64,000 bases of DNA from an uncultured Candidatus Saccharimonas sp. (GTDB lineage: Bacteria; Patescibacteriota; Saccharimonadia; Saccharimonadales; AWTP1-31): the NCBI GenBank assembly GCA_943354005.1, contig CALRBE010000005.1:21910-85909 (forward strand). The letters run 5' to 3'. The notes under the pieces were generated by a model. That model had not been told where the DNA came from. It searched no databases and saw only the letters and a list, made by a program, of their open reading frames with translations. Below are positions 10,119 to 19,589 of this stretch, in pieces. Within the stretch, counting starts at the first letter, position 1, and the number at the start of each line of letters is the position of its first letter. A program made the position numbers and the translations under genes.

Positions 10119-11642
10119 TTATAGGTCATGTAAGACAGTTATTCGTGCACCAAGGCTGTTAAGGCGTTCTGCAATATCTTCATATCCACGATTTATGGTA
10201 TAGACATTTCGTAGCATCGAAGTACCTTTAGCGGCTAGCATTCCAATTAGTAGCAAGCTCGCTGGTCTAAGTGCCGGCGGACATACAACGTCGGCTTTAG
10301 TGAATCGAGTTGGACCGTTAATGTATATTCGGTGAGGATCCACTAGCTCAAGGTTAGCACCAATTTTTGTTAGTTCAGTGTAATATATCGCGCGATTTTC
10401 AAACATCCAGTCGTGAATTAGTGTTCTGCCCTTAGCTACTGCAGTAATAGGTACAAAATAGGGAATACTATCCGGATTTATGCCTGGCCAAAGGTTAGGA
10501 TGCAGTTTGTCTTTTGGCGCCGTAAGCCCGCCATTGTGCTTTTCGATAGTAAGATCAACAAGATCTGTAATGTTGTTTGTTGCTTTATATCGTTCGGATA
10601 TTTTATAGCGGAGCCCCATAACTTTAAGTTTATATAGTTCTAAACCTATCCAATCTATTGGAACCCGCTTAATCGTAATTTTAGAGTTCGTCGTAATTGC
10701 TGCTGAGATAAAGAACATAGCTTCGATAGGGTCTTCACTCGGTGCAAAAGTCACATTCTTTTTTATATTGGGAACTCCTGTGACTGTCAAAACAGATGAT
10801 CCAATACCTGAAATCTTAACCCCCAATTTTTGAAGGAAAAAGCACAAGTCCTGGACCATATAGTCAGCACTCGCGTTTTGAATTATGGTTGTACCATTTG
10901 TACCTGAAGCTGCAAGAAGAGCATTATTGGTAACTGTGTTGCCTGCTTCGTATAGCATTATGCGATCTGCTGTAATTCTTTTTTTAACTTTAACTTCGTA
11001 ATGCCCAGTTAATGTTCGGACGCTTACCCCAAAGTTTTCAAGCACGAGTAAGTGAGGTTCTATTGTGCGCGTACCAAGCTTACACCCACCAGCATATGGA
11101 ATATTGAAATGGTTATAGTCATGCATAAGGGAACCGATCAGCATTAACACACTACGTGTTTTTCGTGCTGAAGTGCTATTAATATCCTTAAGATTTAGCT
11201 GGGCTGGTCGTCGAATTTCGAGATCATTACCAGGCAGCCATTTTACCTTTACTCCAATACTCTCAAGTACTTCGATAATACGATTGACCTCTTCAATACG
11301 TGGGAATGCCTTGTAACGCGTTACTCCATGGTTCAATAGGCTAGCGCAAAGCAGAGCTACGGCTGCATTCTTACTAGTCTTAAGCTCAATGCTTCCGCGC
11401 AATTCATGGCCGCCCTCTATTCGTAGGTTGATACCACCCTCCCCTATCTGAATTAATGACTTATTAAGCACATCACTGATACGGCCTAATGTTTCAACAC
11501 TTAAGTTTTGTTTACCATGTTCAATACGATTAACTGCAGATTGGCTTGTCTGAAGTTGTTTTGCAAAAGCAGCCTGTGTTAGGCCCCGTTCTTGCCGTAT
11601 CTGGTAAATTAGACGACCAATTTTTTCATTTGCAGATGACAT
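10119..11642 (-). CDS. murA: XRE-type HTH domain fused to UDP-N-acetylglucosamine 1-carboxyvinyltransferase MurA
   Basis: The N-terminal ~65 aa form an XRE HTH (LTQAAFAKQLQTSQSAVNRIEHGKQNLS). The rest aligns by eye with full-length MurA (TSKNAAV, catalytic Cys in YAGGCKLGTRTIEPH, INRGYEDIAERL). The ATG at 11642 is preferred over the TTG at 11648. Confidence 0.85.
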   Translation of the reverse strand: MSSANEKIGRLIYQIRQERGLTQAAFAKQLQTSQSAVNRIEHGKQNLSVETLGRISDVLNKSLIQIGEGGINLRIEGGHELRGSIELKTSKNAAVALLCASLLNHGVTRYKAFPRIEEVNRIIEVLESIGVKVKWLPGNDLEIRRPAQLNLKDINSTSARKTRSVLMLIGSLMHDYNHFNIPYAGGCKLGTRTIEPHLLVLENFGVSVRTLTGHYEVKVKKRITADRIMLYEAGNTVTNNALLAASGTNGTTIIQNASADYMVQDLCFFLQKLGVKISGIGSSVLTVTGVPNIKKNVTFAPSEDPIEAMFFISAAITTNSKITIKRVPIDWIGLELYKLKVMGLRYKISERYKATNNITDLVDLTIEKHNGGLTAPKDKLHPNLWPGINPDSIPYFVPITAVAKGRTLIHDWMFENRAIYYTELTKIGANLELVDPHRIYINGPTRFTKADVVCPPALRPASLLLIGMLAAKGTSMLRNVYTINRGYEDIAERLNSLGARITVLHDL

Positions 11643-11655
11643 ATTCAAGTAATAT

Positions 11656-11671
11656 ATACCTTATAAGGTAT
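11656..11671. promoter_or_regulatory. perfect 16-bp palindrome (candidate operator) in the murA-glyA divergent region
   Basis: ATACCTTATAAGGTAT is its own reverse complement. It abuts the putative -10 (TATATT on the minus strand, 11651-11656), 8 nt upstream of the murA ATG. Confidence 0.5.
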
Positions 11672-11773
11672 CTATGCAAGCTTACTATGAAACTGAAAGC
11701 CTATAATGAGAACAACAAATACTAGCCTATTAGCCTGCTACCTTGTACTCTATATAGAGCAACGGAGGACATT

Positions 11774-13054
11774 ATGAAAGATATTAAAATAGCCAAACTA
11801 ATAGAAGCCGAAGAAAAGCGACAGCGCGAAGGCCTTGAACTTATCCCAAGCGAAAATTATGTTAGCAGAGACGTACTTACGGCGCTAGGCAGCGTTTACA
11901 CCAATAAGTACTCTGAAGGGTACCCAGGAAAGCGCTACTATGGAGGCCAAGAAAATACTGACATCGTAGAAGCACTAGCAATTGATAGAGCTAAGGAACT
12001 GTTCAATGGAGATCATGCAAATGTACAGCCGCACTCTGGTGCCCCTGCAAATATTGCGGTGTATCAGTCATGGCTCAATCTAGGAGATACAATTATGGCT
12101 ATGAGGCTTGATCATGGCGGTCATTTGACTCATGGTCACCCAGTTACTTCAGTATCAAAGGCTTATAACTTTGTGCGTTATGGAATGAAAGACGTTGAAA
12201 CAGGCGAGATTGACTATGATGAAATGCGGGCGATTGCACTTAAGGAAAAGCCTAAAATAATTATTGCAGGCTTCAGTGGATATACTCGCTCACTAAATTA
12301 CGATAAATTCGCTGCAATAGGTGAAGAATGCGGCGCACTTCTTATGGCCGATATGGCACATGTTGCGGGACTGATTGCAGGCAAGGCTTTACCGAATCCT
12401 TTGGATCACGGATTCCAGGTACTAACCAGTACGACGCATAAGACTTTGCGGGGACCACGCGGCGGACTCATAATCAGTAAAGGGATAGTAGGTAATTCCT
12501 TAAAAGCTCCTGAAAAGATAATTGAAAATCTACCGACTCTTATAGACCGGGAAGTATTCCCAGGATATCAGGGTGGGCCACACATGAATAATATAGCCGC
12601 TAAAGCAGTGGCATTCAGGGAGGCCTTACAGCCCGATTTTGGGGTCTATGCAAAGCAGGTGATATCTAATGCTCAGACACTAGCAAAAGCTCTTCAAGGC
12701 AAGGGATTTAAGCTAGTAACGAACGGTACTGACAACCACATGGTACTTATTGACATGCCTAAAAGTTTTAATGGAGTCAATGGTAGAGAAGCGCAAGAAA
12801 TTTTAGATATGATTGGTCTGAATGCGAACTGTAATGCAATTCCTGACGACCCACTTCCACCTTACCGTCCTAGTGGTCTACGTTTAGGCACGCCTGCAAT
12901 TACTACACGTGGGCTAAACGAGGAACACATGGGCTTAATAGCTGCTTGGATGCATGAAGCAATTACCAAGCGTAATGATCAAAATGCATTAGCCCAAATT
13001 AGAGCTGCTGTAACTGAATTTTCACTACAGTTCCCACTTCCTAGCGACCGTTAA
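11774..13054 (+). CDS. glyA: serine hydroxymethyltransferase
   Basis: 426 aa with the PLP-lysine motif TTHKTLRGPRGG. An SD (GGAGGA) lies upstream. Confidence 0.97.
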   Translation: MKDIKIAKLIEAEEKRQREGLELIPSENYVSRDVLTALGSVYTNKYSEGYPGKRYYGGQENTDIVEALAIDRAKELFNGDHANVQPHSGAPANIAVYQSWLNLGDTIMAMRLDHGGHLTHGHPVTSVSKAYNFVRYGMKDVETGEIDYDEMRAIALKEKPKIIIAGFSGYTRSLNYDKFAAIGEECGALLMADMAHVAGLIAGKALPNPLDHGFQVLTSTTHKTLRGPRGGLIISKGIVGNSLKAPEKIIENLPTLIDREVFPGYQGGPHMNNIAAKAVAFREALQPDFGVYAKQVISNAQTLAKALQGKGFKLVTNGTDNHMVLIDMPKSFNGVNGREAQEILDMIGLNANCNAIPDDPLPPYRPSGLRLGTPAITTRGLNEEHMGLIAAWMHEAITKRNDQNALAQIRAAVTEFSLQFPLPSDR

Positions 13055-14118
13055 TATTGAGATGCTTCTACTAGCTCTGGTTCTTGTTCTAGTTCAACTC
13101 CAAACTTTGTATGAACCTCTTTAATGATCCTGTTTCTGAAATGCAGTAGATCTGATGTAGATTCTGCTTTTTCATTAACTAAGACCAAAGGCTGCTTATG
13201 CCACGTAGCCATACCTGTCTTTACATCATGAAAGTTTTTGAAGCCGGCATGTTCAAGGAGCCAGGCAGCAGAAAGTTTTATTTTACCATCTTTTAGTTTC
13301 CAATGGGGGATGTGCGGATATTTTTTATGTAGGGCATTAAACTTTGTATTACTAATAATTGGGTTGGCAAAGAAGGATCCATTGTTGGCAACCGTTTTAG
13401 GATCTGGCAGTTTGCTGGAGCGAACTGCAATGACTATTTCCCGAATGATTCGGGGAGTAAATTTTTTGATATTCATGGTGTCTATATAAGTCTGCAGGGA
13501 AGGGTAAAAAGGGGGCTCGGGATTCTTATGATACAGCCTGAAGCAGAGTGCAGTGATATAGAATCGTCCTTTGTCCGTTGTTTTGAAGCGACTTGTTCGG
13601 TAGCCAAATCCACATTGATCTGCTGGAATAACAACAAATTTCTTTGAATGAGAATCGTATGCTTCGACACTAATAAGAGTATCGGCAATCTCTTGTCCGT
13701 AAGCACCAACATTCTGAACGGGAGTAGCACCTGTTGTTCCGGGAATTAAAGACAAAGCTTCGATACCATGCAGTTTATTGGCAACGGTTTTTGCTACGGC
13801 CTTATCCCAATCTTCTCCTGAGCCGATGGTAACATAGCTATGTTCGTGATCTTCTTTCTCGACTTTATATCCAATAATCTTATTGACGATTACAAGTCCA
13901 TCGAAGCCTTTGTCGCTCCATATAAGGTTACTGCCCCCACCAATCATAATTACCGGAAGCTTTCGCTCATTGGCCCAGTCTAATACGTGTGGAATATCAG
14001 ATTTATCCTTAATGTTTGTGAGGTATTTAGCTTCACCGCCGAGACGCATTGTAGAATAACGCGCCAGTGAAACATTTTTTCGAATATACATAAGCTTATA
14101 GTACTCGAGATTAGTCAT
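13051..14118 (-). CDS. murB: UDP-N-acetylmuramate dehydrogenase
   Basis: 355 aa with YSTMRLGGEA and GGGSN FAD-binding motifs, type II MurB length. Confidence 0.9.
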   Translation of the reverse strand: MTNLEYYKLMYIRKNVSLARYSTMRLGGEAKYLTNIKDKSDIPHVLDWANERKLPVIMIGGGSNLIWSDKGFDGLVIVNKIIGYKVEKEDHEHSYVTIGSGEDWDKAVAKTVANKLHGIEALSLIPGTTGATPVQNVGAYGQEIADTLISVEAYDSHSKKFVVIPADQCGFGYRTSRFKTTDKGRFYITALCFRLYHKNPEPPFYPSLQTYIDTMNIKKFTPRIIREIVIAVRSSKLPDPKTVANNGSFFANPIISNTKFNALHKKYPHIPHWKLKDGKIKLSAAWLLEHAGFKNFHDVKTGMATWHKQPLVLVNEKAESTSDLLHFRNRIIKEVHTKFGVELEQEPELVEASQY

Positions 14119-14205
14119 GTTCGTATAGTCTTAATGGAAATATTCTGAAAAAAATAACAGATAGAGTACCTTGCTCTTAACGGAGGTAAAGCGTAAAATA
14201 GTAGT

Positions 14206-14775
14206 ATGAGCAAAGAAGAAGGTGTAAAAAAACCGTTTAGTGAACTTGGAGAAAAATTAAAGCTGTACAGAGAACGCCGTAAGCGTTCGCTAGCTGAAGC
14301 TTCTGGGGCTGTTGAAATTGAAGCAGCTTCTTTAGAATCTATCGAAAAAGGTGAGCGTCGTCCTGACGAAGAGATCTTATCTCTGCTTATAAGCTATTTC
14401 GAAATAGAAGAAGAGTACGCCTCTAAACTATATAGATTAGCGGGCTACAACGACTCCCTAATAGGAGGTGTTGACCAGGCGGCTTTTGATATTTCTCAGC
14501 CTATTGCAATGCTTATGCCAGTAGACCTAAGAATTGTCTACACTGACACGGCTCACGTAATGGTTAATAACTTTGGTGTTGTTATGAATTTCATGCAAAC
14601 TAACGGTAATGGCGGTCAACCGCTGGCAGTATCTAGGATAGGAATGAGTAAAGAGCATGCCCAATCTCTAATTAAAATGCTCCAACAATCCCTAAAGCAG
14701 GCAGAAAATCAAGAAGCCCCAAAGAAGCCTAGGATTAAAAAGAATACACAAGACAACAAAAAAACTGATGCATAG
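14206..14775 (+). CDS. HTH (XRE-like) domain protein
   Basis: The N-terminal LGEKLKLYRERRKRSLAEAS...IEKGERRP resembles an XRE HTH. The C-terminal part is of unknown function. Confidence 0.5.
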   Translation: MSKEEGVKKPFSELGEKLKLYRERRKRSLAEASGAVEIEAASLESIEKGERRPDEEILSLLISYFEIEEEYASKLYRLAGYNDSLIGGVDQAAFDISQPIAMLMPVDLRIVYTDTAHVMVNNFGVVMNFMQTNGNGGQPLAVSRIGMSKEHAQSLIKMLQQSLKQAENQEAPKKPRIKKNTQDNKKTDA

Positions 14776-14785
14776 TTTAGTAAGT

Positions 14786-14814
14786 TTGCTTAATTTGTAA
14801 TTAAAGCGTATAAT
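14786..14814 (+). promoter_or_regulatory. sigma70-type promoter for tRNA-Arg
   Basis: TTGCTT-17 nt-TATAAT, about 40 nt upstream of the tRNA 5' end. Confidence 0.5.
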
Positions 14815-14851
14815 CACCCCTGTTATTACGATTACTTTGTCGTAATAATCT

Positions 14852-14928
14852 GCACCCGTAGCTCAGCGGATTAGAGCATCTGTCTTCGGAACAGAGGGTC
14901 GGCGGTTCGAATCCGTCCGGGTGCACCA
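14852..14928 (+). tRNA. tRNA-Arg(TCG)
   Basis: Folds by hand into a cloverleaf: acceptor GCACCCG/CGGGTGC, anticodon loop CTTCGGA, T-loop TTCGAAT. CCA is encoded. Confidence 0.9.
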
Positions 14929-14944
14929 TTAATCATGATATTTA

Positions 14945-14973
14945 AAGCCCCACCATTTTTAGGGGACTTTTTT
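14945..14973 (+). terminator. probable intrinsic terminator after tRNA-Arg
   Basis: AAGCCCC...GGGGACTT hairpin (one bulge) followed by a T-run. Confidence 0.4.
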
Positions 14974-15191
14974 ATTTAGATAAATGTGGTTCCCATAATT
15001 GAGCAAACGATAACGAAGTTGATTAGAAAAAGCAGATCGATCACTTCATTAGTTTTATAAACCATCTTTTTACTTTTTGGCTTAGATGGCTTACTATTAA
15101 ATAGTTACGCTAAAGTAAAAATTGATTGTTATTTCGAGAGTAAAATTTACCTACTATAAGTGTAATTAAGTAAAAATATAGGAATAAAAAT

Positions 15192-15752
15192 ATGAAAATT
15201 GCTGTGTCTAAAACCCGCGAAAAGTATCCTTTGAGTCCTAAAAAAGTTATTAAAAAGACGCTGACTCATACATTATGGTGGTTTATTCTGGTTGGAATCG
15301 GAGCAGTGATAGCTATCATAGCGGCTTTTGGAAGCAGTAATCCAGGCGTGGCATTAATTGTGATAGTTGTAGCTGCCATTCTTGACCTGATAGTCTTTGG
15401 GCTCACCTACTGGTATCAAATGTGGTACTTCGCTGTATATTTCTATGAAATTGATGATGACTACGTCAGTATTCGCAAAGGGCCTATAACACCTAATGAA
15501 ATAACTGTCCCCTTTGAACGTATACAGGATGTTTATGTTGACCAAGACTTGCTAGACAGAATATTTGGTTTGTACGATGTCCATATTTCTAGCGCAACTA
15601 TTAGCTCTGGCGCTGCAGCACATATTGACGGCGTGGCTAAAGAATCAGCTGATGGACTCAAATCACTCCTTTTACAAACTGTTAGCGCCAAGATGAAGCG
15701 AGGCGCAATGAATCAAACACCAAATCAAGCTACCCCCGCGCAACAACAATGA
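15192..15752 (+). CDS. YdbS-like bacterial PH-domain (bPH_2) membrane protein
   Basis: Two TM helices followed by a bPH-type motif (ITVPFERIQDVYVDQDLLDRIFGLYDV). Confidence 0.65.
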   Translation: MKIAVSKTREKYPLSPKKVIKKTLTHTLWWFILVGIGAVIAIIAAFGSSNPGVALIVIVVAAILDLIVFGLTYWYQMWYFAVYFYEIDDDYVSIRKGPITPNEITVPFERIQDVYVDQDLLDRIFGLYDVHISSATISSGAAAHIDGVAKESADGLKSLLLQTVSAKMKRGAMNQTPNQATPAQQQ

Positions 15753-16330
15753 ACCCTAGTGAACCAACCCAACAGTCTACTACCGCAGCTGCTGCTAATA
15801 CAGCGGCTAGACCAAGCATTACAGAGAAAAACTATCCCATCAGTATACGTTGGGTGTGGGCAAATGTAGCCATTAGTTTAGCTGCTTTCCCTCTTTATTT
15901 TTTATACCTTATTACTGAAGTGGGTTTTGTATTTTCATTAATAACCTCGCTGTTGGTAGTAACCATTAATATAACTGTGGTAATTATGCAGCGTAAATAT
16001 TATCATTTCGAATTTGGCGACCAATATATAACCATTCGACAGGGTGTTATTAAAAGACAGGAACGACACTTACCGTATGGTGTTATTCAAAACGTCATGA
16101 TAAAGAGAAGCCTGAGCGACCGCCTATTTGGATTAGCCACAATTAACGTACAAAATGCCGTGCAGCAAGGGAAACTGGGCTACAGAGAATCGGCAGACAC
16201 AACAATAGGCTCGAGCGGAACTGACTTTAACTTACCTGGCCAGACACCCAAAAACGCAGAGGTATTACGAAAGATTGTTCTAGAAAAAATGAAAGAAAAC
16301 CCTGACTGGGGAATACACGCTGGTTTATAA
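15749..16330 (+). CDS. YdbT-like bacterial PH-domain membrane protein
   Basis: 4-nt overlap with the upstream gene. Has TM helices plus LPYGVIQNVMIKRSLSDRLFGLATI. Confidence 0.6.
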   Translation: MNPSEPTQQSTTAAAANTAARPSITEKNYPISIRWVWANVAISLAAFPLYFLYLITEVGFVFSLITSLLVVTINITVVIMQRKYYHFEFGDQYITIRQGVIKRQERHLPYGVIQNVMIKRSLSDRLFGLATINVQNAVQQGKLGYRESADTTIGSSGTDFNLPGQTPKNAEVLRKIVLEKMKENPDWGIHAGL

Positions 16331-16528
16331 AAAATATCAAAACTGTATAGGTAGATAAGGTAGTTGATGGTTTATGCAGCTGTTGAACAATTATAAGCAA
16401 GGAACATGGACCTAACCTTATCGGGTAAATATCTGTCAGGAGCAGGTATTTAATAAAATAAAGACTTATTCTGACTAATTCTAAGAATATATTTAATAAA
16501 TTCAAATGACCTCTGCTACTATTGATAA

Positions 16529-17869
16529 ATGGATTTATTACTTGATAAAGATATATATACTAACCAAATAGAATACTTCTTCTCACTACATGGTCCTCGT
16601 TTTGATTACATGAATAACTCCATGGCCAAGTCTTTATCTAAAAGATTCGGTAAAGAGTTTAGGCCGATACGAATATTGAACGCATGGCCTAGCAAAGAGT
16701 ATGATAATGGAAATTATGTTATCTTGAACAAAAAGAGCTATACGCTTCGTAAAGATCTTGGTAAGCCGGTCGTGTATCTACCAGATTATGAAGATGTGAA
16801 TATAGAATTTATGCAGAACAAGACTATTCAGGATATTGCGAATCAGTTACTTGAAAAACAAAAAACAGTCTATGTTTATCCGTTTACTACTTCGTTCCTT
16901 GATTTGCCGCCAGATATTTTCACAGTTCTCGGACCTGATAGTAAGTTAGTGAAAAAATATGATGATAAAGTTTGTCAGACAGAATTGTTTGAATCGCTTG
17001 ATTTACCTCGTAATAAAGTACGGGTTTTTAAGGATGAGGCGGCACTTTTGGCAAACGAATCGGATATCATTCCATGTTACTTGAGTGCTGCATACACATC
17101 AGGTGGTAATGAGAGTGGTTTGATTAACGATTCCGAAATGCTTCATGAGTTTTTAGCCCGACTAAGACCCGTAAATAAGAGGAGTCATTTCTTAGTTGCT
17201 GACATTTTTGAAGATCTGGTACTTGCACCGAATGTTAACGCCTTAATAACAGCACAAGGTAAAACGTATGTCCTTGTAGTCGCAGACCAGATACTGCAGG
17301 GCAACCGTTACCTCGGCAATCTCTACCCGTCTATTGTCGATAAAAAGCACTTGAAACTAATTTACGACACGACAAAAAAACTTGGAGACTGCTTGGCTAA
17401 AGAAGGCTACAGAGGTTTATTTGGTTGTGACTTCCTGATAAATCAAAAAGGAGATCTAGTAATCGTAGACTTAAACCCTCGTCATCAAGGAGGATACGCC
17501 TGTAATGGATTAGCTTTGAAACAAAAAAGTATAAACCTAGCTGATATTGAATTAGCCACTTATGAGGGTGATGAAGTCAGAATTTCGCAGAAAGAGCTCG
17601 ATGAAGAATTAGACTTTGCGTGGTCGCACAGCAAGCTAGTACCCGCCAAAAAAGGTCAGATTATCCATAATGAATACATTCTTAATGATATTGAAAAACC
17701 CTTTCAAACAATAGGCGAATCTTTTGCGGCCGAATTCTACAAGAAGGGGTCTGTATTTATTGAGGGGTATATAGGCTATCAAGTGCAGACTGCAAAAGCT
17801 CGTAGTGAGCTAGAATTAAAGATGCTGCACATCAAAGAACAATACGATTCCCAAGTTATGAGACACTAG
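16529..17869 (+). CDS. ATP-grasp domain protein (unknown ligase)
   Basis: 446 aa. The C-terminal GLFGCDFLINQKGDLVIVDLNPRHQGG is an ATP-grasp Mg/ATP-site pattern. Confidence 0.6.
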   Translation: MDLLLDKDIYTNQIEYFFSLHGPRFDYMNNSMAKSLSKRFGKEFRPIRILNAWPSKEYDNGNYVILNKKSYTLRKDLGKPVVYLPDYEDVNIEFMQNKTIQDIANQLLEKQKTVYVYPFTTSFLDLPPDIFTVLGPDSKLVKKYDDKVCQTELFESLDLPRNKVRVFKDEAALLANESDIIPCYLSAAYTSGGNESGLINDSEMLHEFLARLRPVNKRSHFLVADIFEDLVLAPNVNALITAQGKTYVLVVADQILQGNRYLGNLYPSIVDKKHLKLIYDTTKKLGDCLAKEGYRGLFGCDFLINQKGDLVIVDLNPRHQGGYACNGLALKQKSINLADIELATYEGDEVRISQKELDEELDFAWSHSKLVPAKKGQIIHNEYILNDIEKPFQTIGESFAAEFYKKGSVFIEGYIGYQVQTAKARSELELKMLHIKEQYDSQVMRH

Positions 17870-17963
17870 AAAGTACGGAATATTAGTATTCTCGACTATG
17901 CTATAACAAAGTATTACGAATAAAACTTACTTCACCTTGTAGTATTATTACCACATTATATCT

Positions 17964-18875
17964 TTACCAGCCACCACTTGAACCTCCGCCGCCAAAGCCA
18001 CCGCCGCCAAAGCCACCAAAGCCACCTCCATCACCACCTATGCCTCCACCACCTGCCCACCAGCTAGGCGATCTATGTTGTGCCTTTCTTTGTGCATAAT
18101 TTAGTGAAACTGCTCTATCCAGGAATAGACCCAATGCTACCAATACTCCAGTTGCTATAAGTCCTGTAATAATTAATCCCGAAATGATACCAATAACGAC
18201 ACCTGTCACTCCTCCTATAGCTCCACCTGCCCACCAACTTTTTGAGCGTGCTAAGATCGATGAAAGCCAAATGCCTCCGACGAACACTATAATGTAAAAA
18301 AACACAAAGTAATCATATATTGACCCTGATGAATTCTGTTTACCTAATGCTGCATCGTACTCATTGTCTATAGCAAGCTGAATTGAATTTAAACCAGCAC
18401 TTATTCCTTCAAAGTACTTTTCATTTCTGAACTCTGGAGATATGACGTTGCGAATAATTTGACTTGAACGAGCATCAGTTAAAGCTCCCTCAAGCCCGTA
18501 ACCAACCTCAATACGAATCTTTCTATCGTCTTTGGCGATAAGAAGCAGTACACCATTGTTTTTCTCTTTTGTACCAATGCCCCAATCACGAGCTACACGA
18601 ATGCTATAGTCTTCTAGAGAATCATTACCAATAGTTGGGATCATGAGTATGGCAATTTCATTGGAGCTTTTTACCCGTGAGGCTGAGATTGATTCTGCAA
18701 GTTTATTTTTCTGATCCGGTGTTAACGTTCCGGTCGTATCAACTATTGGAATATCTGTAGGAGCAGGGGGTACATCAAGAGCAGAGACGGATGATGACAA
18801 GCCTGCGAAAACAACCGCAAAAAGGAATACAGATATTATAATCCTAGTCTTGGTGAATATATTACCAATAGTCAT
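17964..18875 (-). CDS. TPM-domain (YgcG-like) protein with Gly-rich C-terminus
   Basis: Signal peptide, TPM core (NNGVLLLIAKDDRKIRIEVGYGLEG), TM helices and a GGGFGG tail. Confidence 0.8.
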   Translation of the reverse strand: MTIGNIFTKTRIIISVFLFAVVFAGLSSSVSALDVPPAPTDIPIVDTTGTLTPDQKNKLAESISASRVKSSNEIAILMIPTIGNDSLEDYSIRVARDWGIGTKEKNNGVLLLIAKDDRKIRIEVGYGLEGALTDARSSQIIRNVISPEFRNEKYFEGISAGLNSIQLAIDNEYDAALGKQNSSGSIYDYFVFFYIIVFVGGIWLSSILARSKSWWAGGAIGGVTGVVIGIISGLIITGLIATGVLVALGLFLDRAVSLNYAQRKAQHRSPSWWAGGGGIGGDGGGFGGFGGGGFGGGGSSGGW

Positions 18876-18884
18876 AGCTTATAT

Positions 18885-19487
18885 TTAGAAAGTTACGTCT
18901 GGGGCTTTTTCGCTGCCTGGATCGGCTTCAAAATAAGTGAACTTATCAAAGTTAAATACCCCAGCAGTTACATTAGATGGGAATCGCTGAACTTTTGCAT
19001 TATATATAGCGGCCGAATCATTAAAGTCTTTTCGAGCAACTGCTATGCGGTTTTCTGTACCTTCTAACTGAGCCTGAAGGTCACGGAACGCTTCTACTGC
19101 TTTAATCTGCGGGTAACTTTCAACTGTCACTAGGAGTCGACTTAGGGCAGAACCAAGTTCACCTTGAGCAGCTTGGTATTGCTTGAGCTGCGCATCTGTT
19201 ACTTTTGTTGGGTCTATTTGAATGCTTGTTGCTTTTGTTCGGGCTTCAACAACTTGAAGTAGTGTGGTCTGTTCAAAATTAGCTGCACCCTTAACGGTAC
19301 TCACTAGATTAGGTACTAGATCCGATCGTCGCTGATATTGAGTCTGGACATTACCAAAAGATTTACGTACATCTTCTCGATTATTTACAAGACCGTTATA
19401 ACTGCCAGTAATTAAAATTAGTACTAAAGCAATTACTCCGGCAATAATGCCCGGTATTAACCACTTATTTGTTTTAGCTTTTTTCAT
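18885..19487 (-). CDS. lemA: LemA family protein
   Basis: The ATG at 19487 is preceded by AAGGAGGA. Has an N-terminal TM helix and LemA motifs (YNGLV, QYQRRSDLVPNLV). Confidence 0.85.
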   Translation of the reverse strand: MKKAKTNKWLIPGIIAGVIALVLILITGSYNGLVNNREDVRKSFGNVQTQYQRRSDLVPNLVSTVKGAANFEQTTLLQVVEARTKATSIQIDPTKVTDAQLKQYQAAQGELGSALSRLLVTVESYPQIKAVEAFRDLQAQLEGTENRIAVARKDFNDSAAIYNAKVQRFPSNVTAGVFNFDKFTYFEADPGSEKAPDVTF

Positions 19488-19589
19488 AATATCCTCCTTT
19501 AGTATATTAACATAAGAGAAAATATTATATATAGCCATGGGCTGTTTATAATTTCACGCTGACAAACATAACCGTTATAATGAGTGGAT

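Noticed and set aside
14823-14848. Perfect 9-bp stem hairpin (TTATTACGA-N8-TCGTAATAA) as terminator of gene 14206-14775
   Set aside because: No T-tract follows it. It lies downstream of a good TTGCTT-17-TATAAT promoter and 3 nt before the tRNA-Arg 5' end. It is more likely part of the pre-tRNA leader than a terminator, so no function is claimed.
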